DNA of 64,000 bases from an uncultured Bacillales bacterium (GCA_946628005.1 CAMOWA010000003.1:28-64027), one strand, 5' to 3'; numbered from the stretch's first letter, positions 9,286-19,841 are shown. Numbers and translations are program-made. The notes: generated from the sequence alone by a model not told the origin.

Positions 9286-10182
9286 ATGAAAGAATATTTA
9301 AATCAAGAAAAATTAAATCTGATGAGGAATAAAAAAGGTTTTATTGCGGCACTTGATCAAAGTGGAGGTTCTTCAGCTAAGACTCTTTTAAAATATGGTG
9401 TTGATTCTAATATGTATCATAGTGATGAGGAGATGTTTGAACTTATTCATGATATGAGAAAAAGAGTATTTACATCTCCTGCTTTTACTAATGAAAAAAT
9501 CATTGGAAGTATTTTATTTTATAAAACAATGGAATCTAAAGTAGAGGGTAAATATACTTCTGAATATTTATGGGATAATAAAAAAATATTATCTTTCTTA
9601 AAAGTAGACAAGGGTTTAATGGAGGAGATAGAACAAGTTCAGTTAATGAAAGATATTCCTGATTTAGAAGAACAACTTTCTGAAGCTAGAACGCGTGGCG
9701 TATTTGGAACGAAAATGCGTAGTGTTATATTAGGTGCTAATAGAGAGGGAATAAGAAAAATTGTAAAACAACAGTTTGAATTTGCTAAAATTATTTGTGA
9801 TAATGGATTAGTTCCTATAATTGAGCCTGAGGTTGATATTCATATTGAAGATAAAGTGGAAGCCGAAAAAATATTAAAAGAAGAAATAAAGACTCAACTA
9901 GATAATTGGAATGAAAGTCTTTATATCATGTTTAAATTTACTATACCAACTATTGATAATTTTTATGAAGATTTGTATGATTATTCATGTGTTGTTCGTA
10001 TCGTTGCTTTATCAGGTGGGTATGAAATGGATGATGCTTGTGAAAAGTTATCTCGTAATAATCGTATGATTGCATCATTTTCTAGAGCTTTATTAGAAAA
10101 TTTGAGATATCAACAATCTGATGAAGAATTTAATAAGGAATTAGAGACTGCTATTGATAAAATATATCAAGCTTCTATTTAA
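9286..10182 (+). CDS. fda: Class I fructose-bisphosphate aldolase
   Basis: N-terminal KKGFIAALDQSGGSSAKTLLKYGV matches the staphylococcal-type class I Fda. Length is 298 aa. Confidence 0.8.
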   Translation: MKEYLNQEKLNLMRNKKGFIAALDQSGGSSAKTLLKYGVDSNMYHSDEEMFELIHDMRKRVFTSPAFTNEKIIGSILFYKTMESKVEGKYTSEYLWDNKKILSFLKVDKGLMEEIEQVQLMKDIPDLEEQLSEARTRGVFGTKMRSVILGANREGIRKIVKQQFEFAKIICDNGLVPIIEPEVDIHIEDKVEAEKILKEEIKTQLDNWNESLYIMFKFTIPTIDNFYEDLYDYSCVVRIVALSGGYEMDDACEKLSRNNRMIASFSRALLENLRYQQSDEEFNKELETAIDKIYQASI

Positions 10183-10207
10183 AGATAGTTTTCTATCTTT
10201 TTCTTTT
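10182..10207 (+). terminator. Rho-independent terminator
   Basis: AAGATAG-tttt-CTATCTT followed by a T-run. Confidence 0.7.
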
Positions 10208-10253
10208 TGTTGACAAAGGTGTTTTTTATTTACTATAATTTACTTATAGTAAG

Positions 10254-11594
10254 GTGAGTTGGATGGAAAAAAAATCTATTATTAAACTTCTTATTGGAAT
10301 TATTTTAGGTGCATTAGTTTTTTTAGGTACAGGATTTTATTTTGATAGTTTATCTAAATCTAAACATATTATCTTTCTTGGTATTAAAGATTTAAATGGA
10401 ATATATTCTCGGTATTTATCTATTCCATATTTTAAAAAAATAGGGGGTAATTTTACTATGGATTCTTCTATTGATTTTGATTTAGATAGTGAATATTACT
10501 CAAAACAGACAGATTTAGAATCTATAAAAAGATATAATCTTATTCGTAATTTAAATAATATGAATACATCTTTTCATTTTGTTCATGATCAGAGTAATAA
10601 ATCATTACTATTTGAATTGAATGAGAATATAGGAAATATAGATATTTTACATTCTAAAGCATATATTAATAATTCTACTTTGTATTATAAAGTATTTGGA
10701 ATTGATAGTCATTATGTTAATAATGGTACCTCTAATTATTTTGAGTCATTAAGAGGAAAAGATGCTTTAGATGATAATTATAATTATTTGTTTCATTTTT
10801 TATTAGACTCTTCTTTAAATAATATAGATAAAAAGAATATTAGTGAAGAAAATGTTTCTTTAAAAATAGCTAATCATGATAGAAAAGTTCATAAAGTTTC
10901 TATAGATATTAATAATAAAGATTTTATTATCTTTTTAAATAATATATTGAAAGATTTAAAAAAAGATAAAGAAGCTAATTATATTATTAAAAATGTATAT
11001 CCTGATTTATTAAAGAAGAAGTTTAAAAATAAAGATATTATTATAAAAGATCAGTATATTTTAAATATTTATACAACTAAGTTTTTTTATAAACCTTTAA
11101 AATATGAGATTATTAATAAAAATAGTTTAGATGGTTATTCTTTTGAAAAGAATTCTAATGGTGGAATAGTAAAATATTTTAATAATGATAAAGTTATTTA
11201 TAAAATAAATTGTGTTATGGATAAAAATATTATTAAGGCACCTATTTGTGATAAAAATGATAAAAAGATAGGGCAATTTCAATATGAGAGAGAAGGGTTA
11301 AATATAACTATTAATTATAATTTAGATGATTCTATAAATAAGTATGATTTAATTTATACTTCTAAGTTTAATAGTAAAAGTATTGATAAAAAGTGTTCTT
11401 TTAAAATTGTTAAGAATAAAGTTAGTAAGCTAAATGGTTCTATTTCTTTTTTTACTAATTATACTAAAAATACTAAGATTGATGAGGAAATTAAAGATTC
11501 TGTTTTATATTCTACGTTAAAAGAACAAGAAAAAGATTCTTTGAATCGTTTAAAAGATATTGTTAGGGAAAGGTTGGAAAAAAACTATGGATAA
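10254..11594 (+). CDS. Hypothetical N-terminally membrane-anchored protein
   Basis: Long ORF with a GTG start and one N-terminal TM segment. No recognisable motif. Confidence 0.5.
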   Translation: MSWMEKKSIIKLLIGIILGALVFLGTGFYFDSLSKSKHIIFLGIKDLNGIYSRYLSIPYFKKIGGNFTMDSSIDFDLDSEYYSKQTDLESIKRYNLIRNLNNMNTSFHFVHDQSNKSLLFELNENIGNIDILHSKAYINNSTLYYKVFGIDSHYVNNGTSNYFESLRGKDALDDNYNYLFHFLLDSSLNNIDKKNISEENVSLKIANHDRKVHKVSIDINNKDFIIFLNNILKDLKKDKEANYIIKNVYPDLLKKKFKNKDIIIKDQYILNIYTTKFFYKPLKYEIINKNSLDGYSFEKNSNGGIVKYFNNDKVIYKINCVMDKNIIKAPICDKNDKKIGQFQYEREGLNITINYNLDDSINKYDLIYTSKFNSKSIDKKCSFKIVKNKVSKLNGSISFFTNYTKNTKIDEEIKDSVLYSTLKEQEKDSLNRLKDIVRERLEKNYG

Positions 11595-12039
11595 ATATAT
11601 AGATGAAATTGTTATGGAAGCAAATAATGGGGTTTTAAATCAAGAAGGTGGCCCATTTGGAGCTGTTGTTGTTGATAGGAATGGAAAGATAATTGGAAAG
11701 GGTCACAATACTGTTTTAAAAGATCATGATCCAACATGTCATGCAGAGGTAAATGCAATAAGAGATGCTTGTAAGAATATAGGTTCTCATAAATTAAATG
11801 ATTGTATTATTGTAACTGTATGTGAGCCTTGTCCAATGTGTTTATCTACTATTATTTGGTCAAATATTAAAAAAGTTTATTATGCTTCTACACGAAGAGA
11901 TGCTGCCCGTATTGGTTTTCGTGATGAAGCAATATATGATTATTTAGGTGGGAAAGATGATAATTTATTAACACTAGAAAAATTTTCATCTGATTCTTGT
12001 CGTAAATTATTTGATGATTATAAAGGAGAGATTTATTAA
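11587..12039 (+). CDS. Guanine/nucleoside deaminase (CDA-fold zinc deaminase)
   Basis: HAEVNAI and CEPCPMC zinc motifs. Colinear with GuaD-type 155-aa proteins. Start moved to the ATG at 11587 (MDKYIDEI). Confidence 0.8.
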   Translation: MDKYIDEIVMEANNGVLNQEGGPFGAVVVDRNGKIIGKGHNTVLKDHDPTCHAEVNAIRDACKNIGSHKLNDCIIVTVCEPCPMCLSTIIWSNIKKVYYASTRRDAARIGFRDEAIYDYLGGKDDNLLTLEKFSSDSCRKLFDDYKGEIY

Positions 12040-12689
12040 TGGCTGAAGGTGAAAAAAAAAGAACAAATACGAAGGGCAGTACTCGTTCAAGTAATAAAAA
12101 AGAGACTATAAAGAATAGTAGATCAAAGGAACTAAATAAAAAGAGTTCTAATAAAAAAAATATAGAAAAGAAAATAGAACATAAAGTAAGTACTAATACT
12201 AAAAATAATAATAATAATAATAACAATAAGGCTTCTACTCTTCAGTTAATTATTTTCGTTATGTTATTAATTGTAGTTTTTGTTTTAGGTATTTTAATTT
12301 TTCAAAAGTCTAAGAATGAAAATAATAATGAATCTGCTAATATTAGCATACCAATTATAGAAAAAGATTCTAGATTTGCTTTTAATGTAAATGCTCTAAA
12401 TTTATCTCAAACGGATGAGTATGTTTTCAAGGTTGTTAATTATAGGGATGATAATATAAATACTGAGGATTTTACTTATAATATTACTATTATAAATCCT
12501 ACTAATGCTGTTATTAAAATGACAAAAGATGATGGTAAAAAAAATTATTTAAGTGGTAAAAAAGAAGAGACTATTGTAAATGAAAAATTAGGTAATTCCT
12601 TAAAAGAAGAACATTATTATCATATAAAAGTTATAAAAACGGGTAAGTTAATGGAAAAAGATTTGATTTCTGTTATTATTCAAAATTAA
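12039..12689 (+). CDS. Hypothetical protein with a Lys-rich N-terminus, poly-Asn tract, one TM segment and an extracytoplasmic domain
   Basis: ORF structure only. The ATG overlaps the upstream stop codon (taATGg). Confidence 0.5.
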   Translation: MAEGEKKRTNTKGSTRSSNKKETIKNSRSKELNKKSSNKKNIEKKIEHKVSTNTKNNNNNNNNKASTLQLIIFVMLLIVVFVLGILIFQKSKNENNNESANISIPIIEKDSRFAFNVNALNLSQTDEYVFKVVNYRDDNINTEDFTYNITIINPTNAVIKMTKDDGKKNYLSGKKEETIVNEKLGNSLKEEHYYHIKVIKTGKLMEKDLISVIIQN

Positions 12690-12759
12690 TTATTATGATA
12701 AATTGACTTTTAATATTTTCAATGATAAACTTATATAGGATAGAAAATAGGTGACTAGT

Positions 12760-13029
12760 ATGGATTTAAAAGAAGAAAAAATAGAAATGGAAAAAGATGG
12801 AAAAAAAATACTTTGTGATATTTTGTTTACATTTGATTCTGAAGAAACTTTAAAATGTTATGTTGGATATACCGATCATAGTATTGGGAAAAATGGTAGA
12901 AAAAATATTTATGTATCTAGTTATAATCCGTTATCTTTAAATGGTGAGTTGGAAGATATTACGGATGAAGATGAACTAAGAATGGTAAATGAGGTATTGA
13001 TGCGTTTGGATGAGCAAGCTAATGGATAG
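12760..13029 (+). CDS. DUF1292-like small acidic protein
   Basis: Pattern KKILCDILFTFDSEE..YVGYTD resembles DUF1292. Confidence 0.4.
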   Translation: MDLKEEKIEMEKDGKKILCDILFTFDSEETLKCYVGYTDHSIGKNGRKNIYVSSYNPLSLNGELEDITDEDELRMVNEVLMRLDEQANG

Positions 13030-13040
13030 GAGGATATGAT

Positions 13041-14807
13041 ATGATTCAAGGAGATATTATATATTCTGGTACAATTCAGATTGATAATCATAATTTATTT
13101 GAAGATGAAATTAGAAATCTTGTTATAGAGGAACTTAAAAAAAATAATATTGTTTTGGAGACTGGTTTTCAAATTGTTTATGATGTTTTAGATTCAGAAA
13201 TATCTTTTTCTGTTTTTTATAAAAACTATAAAGATAGGAAAACTTGTCCTGGAGATGAGGTTGTTAAGAAAATTTCTAAATTAAAAGAAGAGTTTTATTC
13301 ATGTGATAACGATGATTTTGCAAGAAGAGAAGTTCTTTTATTAGAAATGGAAAACATATTAGATAATTATTATCGTTCTCATGATATAAAGTCTAATGAT
13401 GTTATTATGAATCCTTCTGAAGATATTATTTCTGTTTCAGAGTTAAAAAGTAGACTGGCTCAAAATATTCATAGATATAATGATATTGATGTTGAGATAT
13501 CTATTATAAAAAACGACTTATCTCAAAAATTAGATTCGGATCGTGGAGTTTTAAGTGAAGAGGATATCATAAGTTTAGAATCTGATTATTTAAAAAGAAT
13601 ATCAAATTTAAATAGTGAATCTGTTCAATGTTTAATGCATATAGATATGATTGAAAATGTACTTGATAATATTAATAAAAAGGAAATTAAAAATGAAACT
13701 GAAAAAGAAAGTGTAGATTATTCCGTTTTAGATAATATTCAGATGATTGTTTATCCAAAATCTGTTCATGAGGGAGATAGTAAGAAGATGCCTCTTATGA
13801 TTAAACAGTTAATAGAATTGCGTTTAAAATCAAAAGTTCACCCTCAATTAATTCCAAATACTAGTAATCTTCATGAAAGAAAAAGTACGGATGAGAAAGT
13901 TCCTGATATGTTAGTTAATTTTACTATATCTTTTGATCCTATAGATGATTCTTCCAAAGAAATAATATATGTTTTAGAAGATAATGAAGATTATTATGTT
14001 TCTTTAGATGTTTTAAAGAGATTTAATATTTCTTCAAGTATTGAGTTAATTTATAATGATAGACTTTATTATAGAATTTCTAATAGTGATTTTCTAAAAA
14101 TTAGTTCTAATAAAGATAATGATTATTCTCCATATGAAATTATTATAGAGTCTTTATCTTTGAATAATAATATTTTTGATGATCCAATTTCTGAAGTTAT
14201 TATACCTGAAGCTGTTGAGAAAAAGGAATTAGATCTTTATCAGAGTGATGAATCTGATGATTTCTATATTTTAAAAAGTGTTTGTGAAAGTAGTAATATT
14301 CCTTTTACTAATGTTGTAGTTGTAGATGATTTAGAATATGTATTAATTAATTCTGAAAATATAGATGAGTTTAGGAATCGTTTTTCAGATTATGAATTTA
14401 TATATCATACTATTGATGTTCCATCTCATATCGAGGATGCATTGAATAATGTTGATAGTACTAATGAAATAGTTTCTCGTGATGATGTTATTCGTAAATT
14501 GTATGATAATTTAACTACTCCTTTAACGAATCCTAATCCTTGTGATGTAAAAGTTACACGAACTTTTATTAATGATTTACAGGCTGCTGGAGATGGATTT
14601 AATATTATTTGTTCATTAGGAGATATTGATAGATCTGGTTCAAAAGATTTATATGCTTTTTTGACTAATAATTTAATGAGTACTCCTAGGGGACAAGAGG
14701 TATATGAAAGGTTTATGGAGCGTGTTAATTCCTTATCCGATGATGAATTAGCTGTTTTAACTGCAGGTGATTATGAAAGTACAGGAGTATTTGGGTTAAA
14801 AAAATAA
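13041..14807 (+). CDS. Hypothetical 588-aa cytoplasmic protein
   Basis: Long ORF with aggagg upstream. No recognisable motif. Confidence 0.5.
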   Translation: MIQGDIIYSGTIQIDNHNLFEDEIRNLVIEELKKNNIVLETGFQIVYDVLDSEISFSVFYKNYKDRKTCPGDEVVKKISKLKEEFYSCDNDDFARREVLLLEMENILDNYYRSHDIKSNDVIMNPSEDIISVSELKSRLAQNIHRYNDIDVEISIIKNDLSQKLDSDRGVLSEEDIISLESDYLKRISNLNSESVQCLMHIDMIENVLDNINKKEIKNETEKESVDYSVLDNIQMIVYPKSVHEGDSKKMPLMIKQLIELRLKSKVHPQLIPNTSNLHERKSTDEKVPDMLVNFTISFDPIDDSSKEIIYVLEDNEDYYVSLDVLKRFNISSSIELIYNDRLYYRISNSDFLKISSNKDNDYSPYEIIIESLSLNNNIFDDPISEVIIPEAVEKKELDLYQSDESDDFYILKSVCESSNIPFTNVVVVDDLEYVLINSENIDEFRNRFSDYEFIYHTIDVPSHIEDALNNVDSTNEIVSRDDVIRKLYDNLTTPLTNPNPCDVKVTRTFINDLQAAGDGFNIICSLGDIDRSGSKDLYAFLTNNLMSTPRGQEVYERFMERVNSLSDDELAVLTAGDYESTGVFGLKK

Positions 14808-14808
14808 A

Positions 14809-14836
14809 AAAGGTAATTATTTATTGCCTTTTTTTC
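14809..14836 (+). terminator. Rho-independent terminator
   Basis: AAAGGTAA/TTGCCTTT stem with one G-U pair, followed by a T-run. Confidence 0.55.
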
Positions 14837-14873
14837 TTTTTCATACTATTATGGTGTTAGAAAGGAATTATTT

Positions 14874-15209
14874 ATGAAAATTGTAAGGGAAGATAATGGA
14901 AATATTTTATTAGTTTTAAAGGAATGTGTTCCTGTTATGCAAATTAAGTCAAATGATATTGATGCTTCATTTGAAAAACATGTTCCTCAAATGAAAAAAA
15001 TTGATAATCATGTTGAAGTTTTTGTTAATCATGTTATGGAAGAAGATCATTATATTGAATGGATTTTAGTTGATTATGGTTCTAGACAGGTGATTGAGCA
15101 TTTTTTACCAGGAGATGTTCCTCGAATTGTTGTAGAGTACCAAGATGGTATGAAGGCTTATAGTTATTGCAATAAACATAGTTTATGGGTTAGTGGTGAT
15201 GTTTTCTAA
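14874..15209 (+). CDS. Superoxide reductase (neelaredoxin/desulfoferrodoxin centre II type)
   Basis: EKHVPQM, NHVMEEDHYIEWI and CNKHSLW supply the 4 His + 1 Cys iron ligand pattern. Confidence 0.7.
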   Translation: MKIVREDNGNILLVLKECVPVMQIKSNDIDASFEKHVPQMKKIDNHVEVFVNHVMEEDHYIEWILVDYGSRQVIEHFLPGDVPRIVVEYQDGMKAYSYCNKHSLWVSGDVF

Positions 15210-15431
15210 ATGAATAAAATTATTGGATGTGTTTTATCTGGAGGATTTGTACTTTTATATTATATTTTTTTATTTAGTGTTATTTTGTTTTTTTATAATG
15301 AAATGCCAATTAGTATGTTTTTATTATTTATTATCTTATTTTTGGTTCCTATAATTGGTATTGTTTGTGTTTTATTTATGAGAATTTATGAAATTCGTTC
15401 TGGGGAAGAGGAAGAAGCAAAAAAGTATTAG
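15210..15431 (+). CDS. Small two-TM membrane protein
   Basis: ORF abuts the stop codon of the SOR gene. Two hydrophobic helices. Confidence 0.45.
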   Translation: MNKIIGCVLSGGFVLLYYIFLFSVILFFYNEMPISMFLLFIILFLVPIIGIVCVLFMRIYEIRSGEEEEAKKY

Positions 15432-15441
15432 GAGGATTTTT

Positions 15442-15756
15442 ATGATTATTGTTACAACAGATAAAATTGATGGGAAAGATATTAAGGAGTCATTAGGTAT
15501 TGTTAAAGGAGAAATTGTTCAGTCTAAAAATTTTGGAAGGGATTTTATGGCAGGAATGAAAACTATTGTTGGTGGAGAAATTAAAGGTTATACTGAAATG
15601 ATTCGTGAAGCGAGACAAATTGCTACTAAGAGAATGGTGGATGAAGCAGAAAAGCTTGATGCTGATGCGATTGTTGGAGTTCGGTATGGTTCTTCAGCTG
15701 TTATGCAAGGAGCAGCAGAGATAATTGTCTATGGGACAGCTGTAAAGTTAAAATAA
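15442..15756 (+). CDS. YbjQ/UPF0145 family protein
   Basis: The sequence MIIVTTDKIDG..GIVKGEIV..MAGMKTIVGGEIKGYTEM..DADAIVGVRY is typical of the family. AGGAGG lies 7 nt upstream of the ATG at 15442. Confidence 0.75.
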   Translation: MIIVTTDKIDGKDIKESLGIVKGEIVQSKNFGRDFMAGMKTIVGGEIKGYTEMIREARQIATKRMVDEAEKLDADAIVGVRYGSSAVMQGAAEIIVYGTAVKLK

Positions 15757-15757
15757 T

Positions 15758-15782
15758 AGCAAGTTTTTCTTGCTTTTTTTTG
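15758..15782 (+). terminator. Rho-independent terminator
   Basis: AGCAAG-ttttt-CTTGCT followed by T9. Confidence 0.75.
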
Positions 15783-15889
15783 TATGTTATGATATCTTTA
15801 TTTTGACGTTTTTGCAATTAAGCTAGATATTTTGTGCACTGCATAGAAATATGTGGCTTTTTTGCGTTGAAAGGAGTGTGAAATAAAAA

Positions 15890-16870
15890 ATGTCATTCAT
15901 CGAGGTTGAGCAGATATCGAAAACTTTCAGAGTCGCTAAAAAGAAAAGTGGTCTCAAAGAATCTATTAAGTCTTTCTTTAAAAGAGAGTTTATAGATGTG
16001 AAAGCGGTAGAGGATATATCTTTTTCTATTGAAGAGGGAGAAATAGTAGGCTATATTGGACCAAATGGAGCTGGAAAAAGTACAACTATTAAAATACTTA
16101 GTGGTATTTTAATTCCAGATTCTGGAGAGTGCAAGATAGCTGGTATGACTCCTTGGAAAGATCGAGTTCGATATGTTAAAAAAATTGGTGTAGTCTTTGG
16201 ACAAAGAAGCCAATTATGGTGGGATATTCCTGCAGAGGATACTTTTGATCTTTTAAAGGATATTTATGAGATTCCCGAAGAAGAGTATCAAGCTACTAAG
16301 GAAGATTTAATAAATCGTCTAAATCTTCAAGATATCATAAACATTCCGGTTAGGCAATTAAGTCTAGGACAGAGAATGCGCTGTGAGATTGCGGCAAGCT
16401 TACTGCATAATCCAAAAATACTTTTTTTAGATGAACCTACAATCGGATTAGATGCAGTATCCAAGCAAATGGTAAGAGATTTTATTAAGAAACTTAATAA
16501 AGAGAAGAAGACAACCGTAATTTTAACATCCCATGATATGTCAGATATAACTACACTCGCAAAACGTATTATTTTAATTGGAAAAGGTAGGGTTTTGTAT
16601 GATGGAAGTTTAAAAAAACTTCAGAATAGGTATGAATCTGAAAAATATGTCTCTATTAAAACATGTGATAAATTATCAATTCGTAATAATGGAATTTTAT
16701 CAAAATCAAAAACAAATGATGGATATGATTTGACTATTGATACAAGAGCTATTAGTATTTCTGAGTTATTAAATATTGTATCTAAGAAAATAACTATTGA
16801 TGATATTGAGATTGATCATGAAAGTATAGATAATATTATTGTAAAACTATATAAGGATTTTAAGATTTGA
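15890..16870 (+). CDS. ABC transporter ATP-binding protein
   Basis: Walker A GPNGAGKST, signature LSLGQRM, Walker B LFLDEPT. Confidence 0.85.
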   Translation: MSFIEVEQISKTFRVAKKKSGLKESIKSFFKREFIDVKAVEDISFSIEEGEIVGYIGPNGAGKSTTIKILSGILIPDSGECKIAGMTPWKDRVRYVKKIGVVFGQRSQLWWDIPAEDTFDLLKDIYEIPEEEYQATKEDLINRLNLQDIINIPVRQLSLGQRMRCEIAASLLHNPKILFLDEPTIGLDAVSKQMVRDFIKKLNKEKKTTVILTSHDMSDITTLAKRIILIGKGRVLYDGSLKKLQNRYESEKYVSIKTCDKLSIRNNGILSKSKTNDGYDLTIDTRAISISELLNIVSKKITIDDIEIDHESIDNIIVKLYKDFKI

Positions 16871-17670
16871 AAGCATATATTACTTATTTTAAGTTAAAAT
16901 TTATTAGTATTCTTCAATATCGTAGTGCAGCTTGGGCTGGGATAGCAACCCAATTCTTCTTTGGCTTTGTATATGTTATGGTTTATATAGCATTTTACGA
17001 ATCTGGTGGAGAAAATATTCCAATGGAATTATCTCAATTAATATCTTATTTGTGGTTAAATCAAGCATTGTTAGCTTTAGTTAATCAGTTTTCTAAAGAC
17101 CAAGAGTTATTTAAATTAATTCGAGATGGAGGAGTGTCTTACGAATTAGTAAGACCAAAGAATCTATATTTTATGTGGTATTTTAAGATTTTGGCACAAA
17201 GATTAGCTAATGTAACATTGAGATTTTTTCCATTAATTTTTATAACAGCTATTCTTCCATTTCCATTTCATTTGGGTGGACCAGCATCACTACTTCATTT
17301 TTTATCATTTTTAATGTCTTTGACATTGGGAACATTATTAGTAGTAGCATTATCAGTTTTTTATCCTATTATTACGTTAATAACTATGAATGAGAAAGGA
17401 ATAGTTAATTTACTAATGACAATTGCTAGTATATTATCGGGAGTAAGTATACCAATCCCTTTCTTTCCTAAGTTCTTACAAATTATTTCTTCTTTTTTAC
17501 CATTCCAATATATAAGTGATTTGCCGTTTAGATTATATGTTGGAAATATCTCTTTAGCAGATGGAGTTTTCGGTATGTGTATCCAATTTATTTGGATAAT
17601 TATTTTTATCATCTTAGGTAATATCATTATGAAATATAATTTAAAAAAGATTATTGTGCAAGGAGGATAG
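16867..17670 (+). CDS. ABC-2 type transporter permease
   Basis: Six TM segments. TTG start overlaps the upstream stop codon. Confidence 0.65.
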   Translation: MKAYITYFKLKFISILQYRSAAWAGIATQFFFGFVYVMVYIAFYESGGENIPMELSQLISYLWLNQALLALVNQFSKDQELFKLIRDGGVSYELVRPKNLYFMWYFKILAQRLANVTLRFFPLIFITAILPFPFHLGGPASLLHFLSFLMSLTLGTLLVVALSVFYPIITLITMNEKGIVNLLMTIASILSGVSIPIPFFPKFLQIISSFLPFQYISDLPFRLYVGNISLADGVFGMCIQFIWIIIFIILGNIIMKYNLKKIIVQGG

Positions 17671-18447
17671 ATGAAAATATATTTTAAGTCACTGGCGATG
17701 CATTTAAAAGGTGAATTAGAGTATCGAGTGAATTTCATTCTATCTTTTCTGTCCCAAATATTAGTATTCTTTACATACTATTTTATAATAATAGCTTTGT
17801 TTGCAAGGTTTGATAATATTAAGGGATTTACTTTGTATGAAGTATTATTGTGTTTTAGTATTATACAATTTGGATTTGCTTTTAATGAGGTTTTTGCTAG
17901 AGGAATTGATAAATTTGATGAGTTAATTATTCAAGGAGGATTTGATAGGCTTCTTTTAAGACCAAAAAATATTATTTTGCAAGTTCTATGTTGTGATAGT
18001 GATTTTGTAAAAGCATCTCAACTTATTCAATCTATTATCGTGTTAGGAATTGCTGTTTTTCATTTAAACATTAAATGGTCTTTATTAAAAATATTTACGT
18101 TAATTTTTATGTTGTTTTCTAGTTGTATAATTTTCTTTGGAATATTTTTGGTAGCTGCAGCATATTGCTTTTTTACTGTACAAGGTTTGGAAGTTAGAAA
18201 TGTTTTTACTGATGGTGGTAAGCATATGGCACAGTATCCAATAGGGATTTTTCAAAAGGGTTTTGTCTATTTTTTTACTTTTATCATTCCTTATGCTTTT
18301 GTTAATTATTATCCTTTATTGTTCTTTTTAGGAAAAAAGGATAATGTTCTTTATGTGTTTTCTCCATTAATAGTATTGATATACTTAATACCTTGTATTT
18401 TAATATTTTATTTTGGGATGAAAAGATATACAAGTGTAGGTTCTTAA
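17671..18447 (+). CDS. ABC-2 type transporter permease (second subunit)
   Basis: Polytopic protein that abuts the previous gene. Confidence 0.65.
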   Translation: MKIYFKSLAMHLKGELEYRVNFILSFLSQILVFFTYYFIIIALFARFDNIKGFTLYEVLLCFSIIQFGFAFNEVFARGIDKFDELIIQGGFDRLLLRPKNIILQVLCCDSDFVKASQLIQSIIVLGIAVFHLNIKWSLLKIFTLIFMLFSSCIIFFGIFLVAAAYCFFTVQGLEVRNVFTDGGKHMAQYPIGIFQKGFVYFFTFIIPYAFVNYYPLLFFLGKKDNVLYVFSPLIVLIYLIPCILIFYFGMKRYTSVGS

Positions 18448-18462
18448 TCTACACTTTTTTTT
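18433..18462 (+). terminator. Rho-independent terminator
   Basis: AGTGTAG/CTACACT stem followed by T8. Confidence 0.7.
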
Positions 18463-18493
18463 AGTAATATGTTATAATTTGTTTGGTGATGAT

Positions 18494-19768
18494 ATGAAAT
18501 TAGTTCCTGCAAAATGTCCATCTTGTGGTGCAAATATTAAAGTTGATAGAAGTTTAAAATTTACTAAATGTGATTATTGTAATACTGAAATAATTGTTGA
18601 GGAAGCGGTAGATAATTTATTAAAAGTTGAACTTAAAGATTCTCCTACTTTTGATAATTATTTAAAACTTGGAAATCGTTATTTTGATAATAAAGAATTT
18701 GAGGAAGCATATAAAGCTTATTCTAAAGCAGAAGAAATCAATCCTGATAATCCGCTAGTAGTATTGCGTAGAGGATTATGTCGTACTTTGATTACGGATT
18801 ATAATGTATTAGATATTATTTCTTCTATTAATGGGATGAGGACAGCATATGATTTAATGAAAAAAATGAATTTTTCTAAAGATGAAATAAATAACTGTAT
18901 TAATGATACGGGTACTGTATTATATATTACTAAAAAGTATATTGTAGATGTTTATAATCGTAACAAATTAAATAAAGAGCAAACAAAAGGCTATATTGAG
19001 CGGTTAGAGTCTTGTTTAGATGGTTATTATTATTTGGATAGTATTGTGGATGGCGATAAAGCTTTGGAGAAAAGAATTCTTTCTAGTATTATAGAAATTA
19101 TTGATATTATTTTAGGAAATAGTAATGATGCGAAATATCATTTAAGTAGTTCTTATGTTTCTGAATTGAAAGATAAACGTAAGAATTGTGTTAATCGTTT
19201 AGGTACAGATTATAAAAAAGTTGAGACAAATGTTTCCAAGGAAAAAGTAGTTGATGTGGATGGACATTCTACTATTATTTGGACTGTTTTATGTTATGTG
19301 ATGGTTGTATTTTTGTTTATTTTATTTTTAGGCTCTATTTTTACTAGTGATGGAATTTTATCAATTGGTCTTTGGTTTTTATGTATGATTAGTTTTCTTC
19401 CTTTTATAAAGAAATATTTAGTTGGGAAGTTTGGAAGTAATGTTGGTAAAGTAGTTATTATAATACGTACTCTTTTGTTTCTTTTGGCTTTTATTCTATT
19501 TGCATCATCTCCATCTCCATTTGAAAGAACTTTTTATCTTGATGATGTTTCTATTTCTTTTCATAGCGGTTTATTTGAGTTAAAGAATGATAGTATTATA
19601 AGTGGTAAATATCATTGGGATTCTAAAGATAATGACTACTATATTTATGTTCAAACTGATGATAATCAAAACCTTGAATATCGATATCGTGAAAATGATG
19701 AAGGTGGGACTTTGTGTTTACTAGAAAATAATAAATGTATAGAGACTTATTTACCTTCTAATCCTTAA
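18494..19768 (+). CDS. Zinc-ribbon + TPR-like + multi-TM protein
   Basis: CPSCGx15CDYC zinc ribbon at the N-terminus. A TPR-like segment (YLKLGNRYFDNKEFEEAYKAYSKAEEINPDN). Three to four TM segments. Confidence 0.5.
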   Translation: MKLVPAKCPSCGANIKVDRSLKFTKCDYCNTEIIVEEAVDNLLKVELKDSPTFDNYLKLGNRYFDNKEFEEAYKAYSKAEEINPDNPLVVLRRGLCRTLITDYNVLDIISSINGMRTAYDLMKKMNFSKDEINNCINDTGTVLYITKKYIVDVYNRNKLNKEQTKGYIERLESCLDGYYYLDSIVDGDKALEKRILSSIIEIIDIILGNSNDAKYHLSSSYVSELKDKRKNCVNRLGTDYKKVETNVSKEKVVDVDGHSTIIWTVLCYVMVVFLFILFLGSIFTSDGILSIGLWFLCMISFLPFIKKYLVGKFGSNVGKVVIIIRTLLFLLAFILFASSPSPFERTFYLDDVSISFHSGLFELKNDSIISGKYHWDSKDNDYYIYVQTDDNQNLEYRYRENDEGGTLCLLENNKCIETYLPSNP

Positions 19769-19792
19769 TGTTTATAAATAGATATTATAATA

Positions 19793-19821
19793 TTTGACAT
19801 TTTTATAAGATTCCCCTATAA
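19793..19821 (+). promoter_or_regulatory. SigA-type promoter
   Basis: TTGACA, 17-nt spacer, TATAAT; 20 nt upstream of the LysR-family gene. Confidence 0.6.
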
Positions 19822-19841
19822 TATGCCTCGAGGGGATTTGA

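Noticed and set aside
12190-12226. Poly-Asn codon tracts here and on the - strand at about 35620-35650, considered as possible phase-variation sites
   Set aside because: They are mixed aat/aac triplets in frame. Triplet slippage would not switch expression off, and this is common in AT-rich genomes.
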